Positions 40,795 to 50,899 of a DNA stretch of 64,000 bases are shown here, one piece after another. Positions within the stretch are counted from its first letter, which is position 1; every line of letters begins with the position of its first letter. Position numbers and translations under genes: made by a program. Origin of the DNA: Candidatus Dormiibacterota bacterium (GTDB taxonomy: Bacteria; Chloroflexota; Dormibacteria; Aeolococcales; Aeolococcaceae); contig CAWHWM010000003.1 of the NCBI GenBank assembly GCA_963833055.1, forward strand, positions 71,402 to 135,401, given 5' to 3'. The notes under the pieces are model-generated. The model ran no database searches and had not been told where the DNA came from. It was given only the letters and a program-made list of their open reading frames with translations.

Positions 40795-42892
40795 CGTCGC
40801 GCCGGCGAACGGTGCCGTTGCTGCTCGGTTTCGGCATCCTCGCCTGGACGATCGGCGACGCCGTCCTCGCCGCGGAATCGGCCGGCGGCGCGACACCTCC
40901 CGTTCCCTCATTCGCTGATCTCTTCTATCTCTGCTTCTACCCGCTCGTGTATGTCGCGCTGGTGCTTCAGACTCGGAGAAACCTCAACGGGCTGGGTGCT
41001 GCCACCTGGCTGGATGGTGCTGTCGCCGGCCTCGGCGCAGCTGCGCTTTGCGCCTGCTTCGCGTTCACCACAGTGCTGCATTCCGTGGGCGGGAGCACGC
41101 TATCAGTCGCGACCAATCTCGCCTATCCGGTCGGCGATGGCCTGTTGCTCATCCTCGCCGTCGGCGGCACGGCCATCATCACCGGCCGGAACAAAACCCA
41201 GTGGTTGCTGATCGCGGGCGCGATTGGCGTCACCGCAGTTGGCGACACCTTCAACCTGTTCTCGGGTTCAGGAGCGCCCTCCCAGATCGGGATCATCTTC
41301 AACGGCATCGCGTGGCCGTGCGCCGTCCTGCTCATCTCGATTGCCGTATGGGTCCGCCCACTCCAGCGAAGCCCGCTTGCCAGCCGCGAAACCCCCGGAT
41401 TTCTGCTTCCGGGCCTCGGCGCCAGCGCCTCGCTCTCGATCCTCGTCGCCGACACGCTGCATCAGGTGAGCCCGGTGGCCGTGGGCCTTGCCACGGCGAC
41501 GCTGATCACCGTCGGGGTCCGTCTTGCCCTGTCAGTCCGCGACCTGCGCATCCTCACGGAAAAGCGGCACCGTCAGTCCATCACGGACGACCTGACGGGG
41601 CTGGGCAACCGCCGGCAGCTCTTCGATCTGCTCGACGCCTACTTCGCCGATTACGCTGACCCGGAGACGCCGGATGGCCAGCTATCGCTCCTGTATGTCG
41701 ACCTGGATCATTTCAAGGAGATCAACAACTCGTTCGGCCACTCCGCCGGCGATGAGTTGCTCCGGCAGTTGGGGCCGCGCCTCATCGCTCGTCTTCGGGA
41801 CACCGACGTCCTCGTGAGGGTCGGCGGCGATGAGCTTGCGGTCCTGATACCGGACACCAACCCCGAGTACGCGGCCGGTGTCGCGCAGCGGCTGATCGCC
41901 GACCTTGACCAGCCGTTCAAGCTCGACAAGATCAGCGTCCGAGTTGGCGCCAGCATCGGCATCGCGAACGCGCCGACCGATGCCACCGACAGCGCGGGAC
42001 TGCTGCGCTGCGCCGACCTGGCCATGTATCGCGCCAAGCTCGGACCGGATCCGTACGAGATCTATCGCCGCGACCTCGACGATGACGGCAACCGCCTGCG
42101 TTTGGTCGACGAGTTGCGTGACGCGATCGTCGGCGGCCACCTCGAGGTGTACTACCAACCGCAGATCGACCTCGTCACGGGCGAGCAGACCGCCATGGAG
42201 GCCTTGGTGCGGTGGCCCCATGAGCGACTTGGACTCATCCCTCCGCTCGACTTCATCCCGCTTGCGGAAGAAGCGGGGCTCATGCAATCTCTGACTGCGC
42301 TCGTGCTCGAGCGCGCGGTTGCCCAATGCGCCGCCTGGCGAGCTGCCGGACGCGTGTTGTCGGTGTCCGTCAATGTCTCGGCGACCAACCTCCTCGATTC
42401 CGGTTTCAGCCAATCGGTGATGGATCTGCTTGCCCGCTACGACATCGAACCAACCTCGCTCATCCTTGAGATCACCGAGACGACGATCATCAGCGACTTC
42501 GAGCTCTGCAAGGACGTCATCACCCAGCTTCGAGCCCTTGGACTCGGTGTCTCGATCGATGACTTCGGCGCAGGCGTCACCTCGCTTGCGTACCTCGGAA
42601 GCCTCGCCGCCAGCGAACTGAAGCTCGACCGGAGCTTCCTGTCCAATTCGCAACCGGGGACACCGAACGAAACCTCGCTCTCGTTCGCGCGACGATTGCG
42701 CTGGGACACAAGTTGAACATGCGAGTGGTGGCGGAGGGAATCGAGGATATCGGGGCCCTCAACCTGATCGCGGCGATCGGGTGCGATCTCGCGCAGGGCT
42801 ACTTCATCAGCGAACCGATGCGCGCGCGCGACCTCGCCGTCCCAGCGGCGCGATTCGAAGACCTCCCACCGTCGGAAAACGAGGTCGCGTAA
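40569..42892 (+). pseudogene. integral-membrane sensor / GGDEF / EAL protein, one apparent frameshift near 42640
   Basis: About 8 TM helices. The GGDEF domain carries a GGDEL variant (VRVGGDELAVL). EAL motifs are EALVRW, DDFGAGVTSLAYL and LKLDRSF. The conserved end ..ALVRATIALGHKLNMRVVAEGIEDIGALNLIAAIGCDLAQGYFISEPM.. lies in another frame and runs to the TAA stop at 42890-42892. Confidence 0.8.
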
Positions 42893-42981
42893 CACCCAGA
42901 CGGCCGTCGCGCATTCCTGATCCGCACCACCGTCGACGGGAACCTGTTCTCGGTAGCGAACCTGCAGACATCGATCAGAGA

Positions 42982-45366
42982 TCAGGGGCCTTCGTACGTG
43001 CAGGTCTGGTTCGGCAGCGGGGTCACGCCGCGATACGTGCAATTCCGCGAGGCGCCGGGCTGCGTGCCGGGGAGATAGAAGTTGCTGTCGTCGAACCCCT
43101 GGCCGGTGCTGACCGCCACAAGATCCGGTGGTTCCTGATACCAGGTGTCCGGCACGCCCTTGAGCGCCGCTGACATGTACACGTTCCAGATAGGTGCCGC
43201 ACCGCTATACCCCGAGATGACGCCGTCGAGGTGTCCACAATCCGGGTAGTCCGGGTGCGCCGGCTTGAGGCCGTACTTGGCAAGATCACTGGGGCTGAAC
43301 GGATACGTATTGTCCACCTCACCCGGTTCCACGATGTGTCCCTTGCGAATCTGCGCAGCCATGTACGCGTAGTCCTTCGGCTGCAGACAGCTCCGCTGCG
43401 CGTTGCCGACCCAGACGGCCGTGAGAAAGTCCGGCGTCCAGCCGACGGTCAGGTTGTCCATGTAGTAGTCGGCTGTGCCGGTCTTGGCACTGACCCGGCG
43501 CGGGTTCAGCGTCAGCAGTCCGTTCTTGCCGAACTCCTCACGGCGGTTGTTGTCGTTGCTCGTGATCGCATCCATGATGTACGCCACGTTGGCCGGGATC
43601 ACCTGATGGCCGGCCGCCGCGGGGTTGTAGGTCCAGACCGTCTTCCCGGTGACCTGCGCTGTGATCCGTGAGACCGGCATGGGGTTGTGCTGCACCCCCA
43701 GATCGCCGAGCGTGGCGGCACCGTCGGCAAGATCGAGCAGCGTGATGCCGCAGGTGAGCGATCCGAGCGTTGCAGCCCACTGGTACTGGGTCGGCCAGTT
43801 CACATCCTGGTCGTCGGGACCGCAGTTCTGATCGAGCGAGCTCGCGCCCATCGCCAGCTCGGTGTTGGCGATGTATTGCGTGCCCGTTGCGTACTCCGTC
43901 TTGACTGCGGGGATGTTGAACGAGTTGCCGAGACAGTCCTTGAGCTCGCACACACCATGCGTCCGGCGGTCGTCGTCGTACGGACGATACGGGGGGCTCC
44001 CGGGGATGGGAAACGGGTGAGATGGCGTCCAGGAGCGGCGTCGTCATCGTGAATTTCGTCGATGCTATCGCGGCCGTATACGTGAACAGCTTCGTGGTCG
44101 ACCCCATGTTCAGCTGGACAGCCGCCGCTTCGTTCACCTGACCGAAATATGGATCGCTGTAGTTCCACGTGCCGACCATTGCAAGGACCTCACCGTTCTG
44201 CGGATCCATGCTCACCAACGCACCGTCGCCCATGTTCTCCTTGAGGCGCTCCTGGGACACCACCTTGGTGACCGTGCTCTGTGCAAGGTCCTGGTCGGCC
44301 TGATTGATCGTGGTGTAGATCTGGTACCCGCCGGGATGGGCGTACTGCGGGAAGTTCGCGTTCAAGTAGGTCTCGAGGTAGGAGATGAAGTCGGGGTCGT
44401 CGTTGGGCTCGGACTGGGTCCACGGATGCACCACCAGCGCTTCCTTGTATGCGGCGGCCGCCTGTGCTTGCGTGATGTCACCGCTCGCGACCATCGCCTG
44501 AAGGACTGCTTTCTGCCGTGACTTCGCAAGTGGATTGATGGCGTCGTGCGCGTTGTGGATCAGTGGGTTGTAGGAGGTGGGCGATTTTGGAAGACCCGCG
44601 AGCAACGCTGCCTGCGCCAGATCCAGCTGGCTCGCAGGGATCTGGAAATACAGCTCCGCCGCAATGCCCACGCCGACCGCGTAATTGCCATAGAAGATGC
44701 GATTGACATACATGTCGAGGATCTGGTCTTTGGTGAAGTTGAGGGAGATCTCGTTGCCGAGCACGATCTCCTTGATCTTGTAATCGATGCTCTGCGGCGG
44801 ATCGGCGCCACCATAAAGGCTGATCTTCGCCAGCTGCTCGGTGATCGTCGACCCACCTTGCAGGGTGCCGTCCTGGTTCGTGACATCAGCAACGCCAACT
44901 CCACGAGACGGGCGAGATCCCAGGAACCCTCGCTGTAGAAGTCGTGGTCCTCAATCGCGACGATCGCCTCCTTGAAAAGCGGCGAGATCTGGTCGAGATC
45001 CACATGGATATGCCGGTATCCCTCGTTGTGGAAGACGTGGATCGGGCCACCCGTGAAGTCGTACACGTCCGTGTCGATCTGGGGCTCCATGTTGGTGATG
45101 GTCGCCGCATCGGGCAGCTGGCTCGAGTACGCGTTGTATCCCGCGAACGCTGCGCCGACCGTGCCCGCGCCAACGGTCGCGCACACGGTGATCGCGATGA
45201 GCACGATGCGAAGGACCCGGCTGGGTGTTCGAGGGTTTCGCAGGTGCAGATAGGCGCTCGCGCGCCGGCGGCGCAATGCTGCTCGAGCCGCGGCCCGCGC
45301 GCGGCTGTCCGGGAGAGCTCCTTCGGGGCGCCGCGCTCTGGCCTCACTCCCAGCTCTCACTGCCAC
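42982..45366 (-). pseudogene. class A penicillin-binding protein (GT51 transglycosylase + transpeptidase), two apparent frameshifts (about 44900 and 44015)
   Basis: ORF 44560-45366 gives the TM anchor and AIVAIEDHDFYSEGS. The next frame gives ..QGGSTITEQLAK.. through MGSTTKLFTY (SxxK) in ORF 43538-44764. The third frame gives ..PYDDDRRTHGVCELKDCLGNSFNIPAVK..KTGTADY.. in ORF 42982-43953. Confidence 0.85.
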
Positions 45367-45429
45367 TGGTTAGTGTAAGTCTACCTGATACCCGCGCTAC
45401 CACCCTGTCCGCTGCGTAAAGATGCGGTT

Positions 45430-47108
45430 ATGGGCCTGTGGTGGATCCCGCCGACGTTGCGCGGATACCGCCCGTCATGGGTTGGCGCTGATGTCGTGGC
45501 CGCCCTCTCGCTGGTCGCTGTGGCGCTCCCGTCGCAGTTGGCCACTGCGCAGCTGGCCAAGGTCCCCGTGGTGGTCGGCCTCTACGCCTTCTTCGCGGGG
45601 TCATTGCTCTACGCCCTCCTCGGCACCGATCGGCACCTCTCGGTGGGAGCGGATTCCACCATCGCCCCGGTGCTGGCCGTCGGCGTGGCATCAGTCGCAG
45701 CGGCGGGGAGTACCAACTATGTGACTGCGATGGCGCTGACCGCGCTGCTCGTCGGCGTCCTTCTGGTCCTGGTCGGCGTGGCCCGTCTCGGATGGATTGC
45801 CGAGCTGCTGTCGACACCCGTCACCACGGGAGTGCTGGCGGGGATCGCCATGCCGATCGTCCTACGACAGATCCCCGTCCTTCTCGGCGTCGGCACCGGC
45901 GCAACGACAACTCTCGACGCGATCCGCACAACGTTCGACCACCTGGGCCAGGTCAACCCGTGGACGCTCGGCGTCGGGATCAGGGTGCTCGCGGTGATCG
46001 GTGTGGCGCAGGCCATCAGCCAGCGCCTGCCGGGGCCGTTGCTCGCGGTGGTGCTGTCCATCCTCGCCGTGGTCGCGCTCAACCTGGCCACGCATCACGG
46101 TGTCTCCGTCATCGGCACCGTCCACGGGGAATCGCTCCGCTTTCAGCTGCCGCTCTCCGCATGGTCCGACGTGACGCAGCTGCTCCCCACGGTGCTCACC
46201 GTGGCCTTCCTGTGCATCGCTCAGACAGCGGCGACCATCCGTGTATCCAAGGACACCACCGCACCAAGCCCCAGCGACTTCAACCGCGACTTGATCGGCG
46301 TCGGCGCGGGCAGTATCGCGGCCGGATTGGCCGGCGCCTTCGCGGTGGATGCGAGCCCGCCCAACACTGCGGTCACGACTGCTGCCGGGAGTCGCTCACA
46401 GCTCACCAATGCGATGGCAGCTGTCGTGGTGCTCGGTTGCGCGTTCGCGCTGACCGGCCCGCTCGCGAACCTGCCCCAGGTGACGCTTGCAGCGACGCTC
46501 ATGTTTCTCGCCACCAAGCTCCTGCGTTTCGGCGAGCTGCGCGCCATCCTCCACTTCGCCCGCATCGAGTTTCTTCTAGCCGGAGTCACGCTGCTTGTCG
46601 TCGCGTTTGTGGGGATCGAGCAGGGTGTGCTGGTCGCAATGGCGCTCTCACTGGCCAAAGCCAACCAGGCGATCGTTTCGGCCACGCGACACTGAGCTCG
46701 GCCGTGAGCCTGGCACCGATCACTGGATCCCACGCGACATCGGCCGCAAGACAGAGGAGGTGCCTGGCGTTGTCGTGTATCTCGCGTATGCGGCGCTCTG
46801 GTACGGCAACGCCGATTACGTGCGCTCGCGGATCGAGGAGCTTGTCAACCGGGCGCCGGCTCCGGTGCATGCAGTGATCATCGACGCGAACGCAATTGCC
46901 GACATCGACTACACCGCGCTGCAGACACTGCGCGGCTTGATCGCTGAACTCGCGCAGCGGAAGATCGTGGTGGGGATTGCCCGCGCATCGCACCTAGTGC
47001 ACCACGACCTCAAGCACGGCTCGGTCCTCAACCTGCTCGGTGTCGATCGTCTATGCGTCCGTCGCGGAGGCCGTCGCCGCGCTGAGCCCGCCGCACGCAA
47101 AGCCGTAG
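45430..47108 (+). pseudogene. SulP family anion transporter with C-terminal STAS domain, two apparent frameshifts (about 46675 and 47048)
   Basis: The Sulfate_transp TM core is in ORF 45430-46695. The STAS domain (..ELGREPGTDHW..PGVVVYLAYAALWYGNADY..IIDANAIADIDYTALQTL..) is in ORF 46595-. A further shift restores ..VYASVAEAVAALSPPHAKP before the TAG stop at 47106-47108. Confidence 0.8.
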
Positions 47109-47115
47109 TCGGCGC

Positions 47116-47750
47116 TCAGCCGCGCGCGCCTCGTGCCATCTGATCCACGACGCTCGCGGGCAGCGCTGGGTCCGCAACCAGCGCATCGGCGCGCGGCGTG
47201 CCAAACGCAAGGCTCACTGGTATCTCGCCGCCCCACACCGGCAGACTTCGGTCCGCGGCGCTGTCGCTCGGAGCTCCTGTGCGCATCTTGGTGGAGAGAT
47301 GGTCGAGCGGCAACGCGAGCACAAGCGTGGTGGCGATCTCCTTGCGGCTGGGCTGGCGTGCCTCGTCCCAGCGGCCCGGCAGCACGTGCTCCACCAGGCA
47401 GCGCATGGCTTCCAGCTTCGCCACGGAACCGACGACCTCGGTTGCCGAGCCCGCGATCACCACGGATCGATAGTTCATGGAGTGCGAGAAGACGGAGCGC
47501 GCGAGCACCAGACCGTCGAGCAGGGTCACCGTGACCGACACGTCGATGCCGCAGGCCAGACCGCGGATCATGCGGCTCGCCGGCAGCCGTGCAGGTAGAA
47601 CGTCTCGCCATCGCGGGCATACATGGTTGGGATGACCCATGGACGGCCATCCGCGACAAACCCGACGTGGCAGATCAGCCCTTCGTCGAGGATGGCGAGC
47701 GCAGCGGCGCGGTCAGCAACCGCGCGCTCAGGGTGCCGTTGGACCTTCAT
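47116..47750 (-). pseudogene. pyridoxamine 5'-phosphate oxidase-fold flavin-binding family protein, one apparent frameshift near 47580
   Basis: The N-terminal part is MKVQRHPERAVADRAAALAILDEGLICHVGFVADGRPWVIPTMYARDGETFYLHG (ORF 47568-47816). The continuation is ..SRMIRGLACGIDVSVTVTLLDGLVLARSVFSHSMNYRSVVIAGSA.. (ORF 47116-47640). Confidence 0.65.
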
Positions 47751-47849
47751 CGCCCGAGCGAGATCGTCGCCTATGTCCAATTTTGTACCACTACGAACTA
47801 ACCAACGTTGCAGCACAACCCTATCAAAACGAGACGGGAAAATCCTCCC

Positions 47850-48323
47850 TCATTTCGTCGCGGTGACCACCGCGTGGATCAGCTTGGAGAGCTCGTGGAC
47901 CTCTCGCGTGAGGTTGGTGTTCAGCTCGAGCGTCTGGCCGAGCTTGAGCTCGACGTCCCGGATCTGCCGCCCCTGTGCTCCGATGCTCGCAAGTGTGGCT
48001 TCCAGGTTGCGCTCGGAGCGATTGGATGATGCTCCCACCAGGAAACCGATGTAGAGCTCCGCAACGGTAGTCACGAGGTTGAGCGGAAAGTTGAAACCGG
48101 TGGACGTGAACCAGACGGGCAGCCACGTGCCGCTGGCAATCCTTGTTCCACCGAAGGCGAAGAGCAGCGTCCAGCCGACGACGAGCACGATCCAGACCGC
48201 GATATTTGTGGGCGTGCCCATCCCGTAGCTGACCCTGTCCGCGATTCGCTGAAACAGGGAGAGTTTCTCGGACGCCGGCGGCGGCGCCTGCTTTCCTGGC
48301 TGGGGGACGGTGGTGTCAGACAT
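47850..48323 (-). CDS. low-affinity iron permease-like family membrane protein (tentative)
   Basis: ..LFQRIADRVSYGMGTPTNIAVWIVLVVGWTLLF.. is followed by a second TM and a C-terminal coiled segment. The family assignment is from memory of PF04120-like proteins. The ATG overlaps the upstream gene's stop by 8 nt. Confidence 0.45.
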   Translation of the reverse strand: MSDTTVPQPGKQAPPPASEKLSLFQRIADRVSYGMGTPTNIAVWIVLVVGWTLLFAFGGTRIASGTWLPVWFTSTGFNFPLNLVTTVAELYIGFLVGASSNRSERNLEATLASIGAQGRQIRDVELKLGQTLELNTNLTREVHELSKLIHAVVTATK

Positions 48324-48831
48324 GTCGTCTCCTTGTGCCCATTAATCCCTGGTGGATTCTGCGGGGACCGTCGCGCATGGTCGTTAGCCTTCGGGAGCGT
48401 CTGACGTGGAATCGGATGACTTCGCGGACATGCTCCGCTGACACGTACTTCATGAGCACAGTTGCTTCGCGTCGAAGGCGGGCGCCGGCATCCGAGTGCC
48501 CATGCTGCTCATAACGATCAGCCTCGCAGAGTCGCTCGTCGATCTCAGCTTGCAGGATGGTGCGGACGTCACTTGCGGAGAGGTCGCGGCGCGCCGCCTC
48601 CGTCGAGCCAGGCCCGGAGGTCGCGCCGGCGATCCGCCCGCCCACTGATGCCCCGGCGTTCTCGACCGGGGCGACAACTGACTCGGCATTTTCAATGGCG
48701 GCCAAAGCCGTGCGGAGAGCAGTGATCGCACCTGACCGACGAGCCTTTATCGCAGCGATAAGGTCGTTGCGAAGCGCTGCTCGCACTGCATCGTCGGTCC
48801 CTGCGGACTGACGGTCAATGGCGCGACTCAT
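48316..48831 (-). CDS. GatB/YqeY domain-containing protein
   Basis: Start MSRAID at 48831. ..ALRNDLIAAIKARRSGAITALRTALAAIENAE.. is typical of the YqeY family. Confidence 0.55.
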   Translation of the reverse strand: MSRAIDRQSAGTDDAVRAALRNDLIAAIKARRSGAITALRTALAAIENAESVVAPVENAGASVGGRIAGATSGPGSTEAARRDLSASDVRTILQAEIDERLCEADRYEQHGHSDAGARLRREATVLMKYVSAEHVREVIRFHVRRSRRLTTMRDGPRRIHQGLMGTRRRHV

Positions 48832-48998
48832 TTCCGACCCTGGGACAAACGTCTCGTGGTCACCGCAGCGCAGGGTACGCGATCGAGCCGCGAGCGACAA
48901 CCAGGTGCAATCGGTGCGCGTGCGCCGGCGCAATCATCGCGCGTGACAGCTGACCCGTCATCGTTTGGTCAGGAGGGTGTGCGCGGTATCAAAACGTC

Positions 48999-49619
48999 GT
49001 GGAATCTCGCGAACAACTCTGGCAGCCATCGCTCTTCGCACAGGGCGAGGCACATCCCGACCCCGACTTCTCAGGGCTCGTCCGGCACGAACTCGATTCG
49101 ACGGCGTGGGTGGATCATGTCCCCGGCTGGCTCGACGGAGCAGATGCACTGTTCGAGGATTTGCTGCGCTCGACCCCGTGGCAGGCGACGACGCAGGAGC
49201 TCTACGGCAAGGTCATGGTCACACCGCGACTGGTCGCACGGTGGGCCACGCCCGATGACATCAGGGCGCTGCCCCCTGTCATCGAGCGCATGAGACAACT
49301 GCTCGTGGCGCGCTACCGGCGTCCATTCAACTCGGTGGCTGCGAACCTGTATCGCGATGGGCGCGACTCGGTCGCATGGCACGGCGATCACATCCCCGCC
49401 CGGATCGTCGATCCGGTTGTCGCGACGGTCTCGCTTGGGCACCCCCGCCGCTTTGCGATGAAGCCACGCGAGGGAAAGACCGGGCTGTCGCTTGCGCTTG
49501 GCATGGGCGACCTCGTTGTCATGGGAGGAAGCAGCCAGCGCACATGGCTCCATACAGTTCCCAAGGTCGCGGCAGCGGGGCCGCGAGTTAGCGTCGCCTT
49601 CCGGCATTCCACCGGCTGA
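48999..49619 (+). CDS. alkB: alpha-ketoglutarate/Fe(II)-dependent dioxygenase, AlkB-like
   Basis: NSVAANLYRDGRDSVAWHGDH carries the H-x-D iron ligands, followed by ..TWLHTVPK..RVSVAFR. The length of 206 aa is typical. Confidence 0.75.
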   Translation: MESREQLWQPSLFAQGEAHPDPDFSGLVRHELDSTAWVDHVPGWLDGADALFEDLLRSTPWQATTQELYGKVMVTPRLVARWATPDDIRALPPVIERMRQLLVARYRRPFNSVAANLYRDGRDSVAWHGDHIPARIVDPVVATVSLGHPRRFAMKPREGKTGLSLALGMGDLVVMGGSSQRTWLHTVPKVAAAGPRVSVAFRHSTG

Positions 49620-49821
49620 GTTGCCCGAGGCGAGCCGACCCAGGACGCCGTGCGCCTGCTCGCATGGCATGTGCTCGACCATCACGACCTGGACTGGCCG
49701 CGAGGACCCCAAACGCTTGACAATGCTCGCCAACTCTTCCGCCGTTCCCAGAGAAACACCTATCCCACACGGTGGTGCACTTCTTATTCCGACTATCAGG
49801 AGAGCAGGGTAGGCTTCGCTG

Positions 49822-50560
49822 ATGCCAAAGCTGTTCAAGCACCTCCGCGAGGAACATCCCTCGCCACCCGTGAGCCTCGCGAAACCGCCTCGCTTCTGGA
49901 TGGAGCAGCCCTTGCGGTCATCGCGGTGGTGTGCCTCGCGCTGACGTCCTTCTTCGGAGGTGTCGGCACCAGCAACGTTCGCGACCGCGTCATCGCCATC
50001 ACCGCGGCGGTGCTGTTCGTCATCCTCGCGCTGCTGGCCACTCGAAGCATTCGGGCGGCTGTACCGGGTCACCGCCGCCCGTGGCGGGGTGGCGGCCGGC
50101 AGCGTGGTACGCCTCGTGGTCAGCGTCGTCGGGTACACGTTGACCGCTGTCGTCGGGCTGGGAATGCTCGGTCTCCCCTTCGAACGGTGCTGCTCGGCGG
50201 AGCGGTGATGGGCGTCATCCTGGGGATTGCCGCCCAGCAGGCCCTCAGCAACACGTTCGCCGGTGTGGTGCTGCTCGTGGCACACCGTTCAACCCTGGCG
50301 ATCACATACGGATACGCTCCGGGGCGCTCGGCGGTGAATTTGACGGTGTCGTTCTCGCGATGGGTCTGACGTACGTGACCGTGAGCACGAACTCCGGTGT
50401 CCTGAGCATTCCCAACTTATCGATGCTTTCCAGCGCCGTCGGCCCATGGATCCCCCTCCACCACCGGCGCCTGCTGTCGCCGATCCCCCGCCGGTCACCG
50501 CAGCGAAGCGCAGCGTCACACCTTGATCGTCAGCTCAACCTCCTAGCGCAGGCGGATTGA
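49822..50560 (+). pseudogene. small-conductance mechanosensitive channel (MscS family) remnant, at least three frame disruptions
   Basis: Fragments lie in alternating frames: ..ALAVIAVVCLALTSFFGG..AITAAVLFVILALLATRSI / GRLYRVTAARGGVAAGSVVRLVVSVVGYTLTAVVGLGMLGLPFE / VLLGGAVMGVILGIAAQQALSNTFAGVVLLVAH / ..GLTYVTVSTNSGVLSIPNLSMLSSAV. Together they resemble an MscS TM3 and beta domain. Confidence 0.6.
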
Positions 50561-50899
50561 CAGGTAGGCGCTGCTCGTGCGAACTCGATTCGAGGTACGC
50601 CGGTTGCGACCACTGTCTGACGAACGCGCATCACCTGTGCGTGCACAAACTCCGTGCCAATCAGCGTTGTGCTCCTTGATGGCTGTAGCGAGAACGAGCG
50701 TCGACACGCGAAGCCATGTACCTGTCGGTCTGCTTTCAACAATTGGCACACCGTCGGCATTCGAACACAGTCGTGTTTACGAGCCATTATCCGAATCCCC
50801 TCACCCGTTGGTGTGAATTTTCGCCTGCGCTCTAGCGCTGCGTGAAACCGGTATGTATTTTCGAGTCAAGTGTCATTCGCACGTTCTCAGGAGGCGCAT

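Noticed and set aside
50543-50835. MITE-like mobile element defined by terminal inverted repeats
   Set aside because: The repeat is only 9 perfect base pairs plus 3 more after a 2-nt gap. By my rough estimate such a GC-rich match could occur by chance in about 300 bp. No target-site duplication or second copy is visible.
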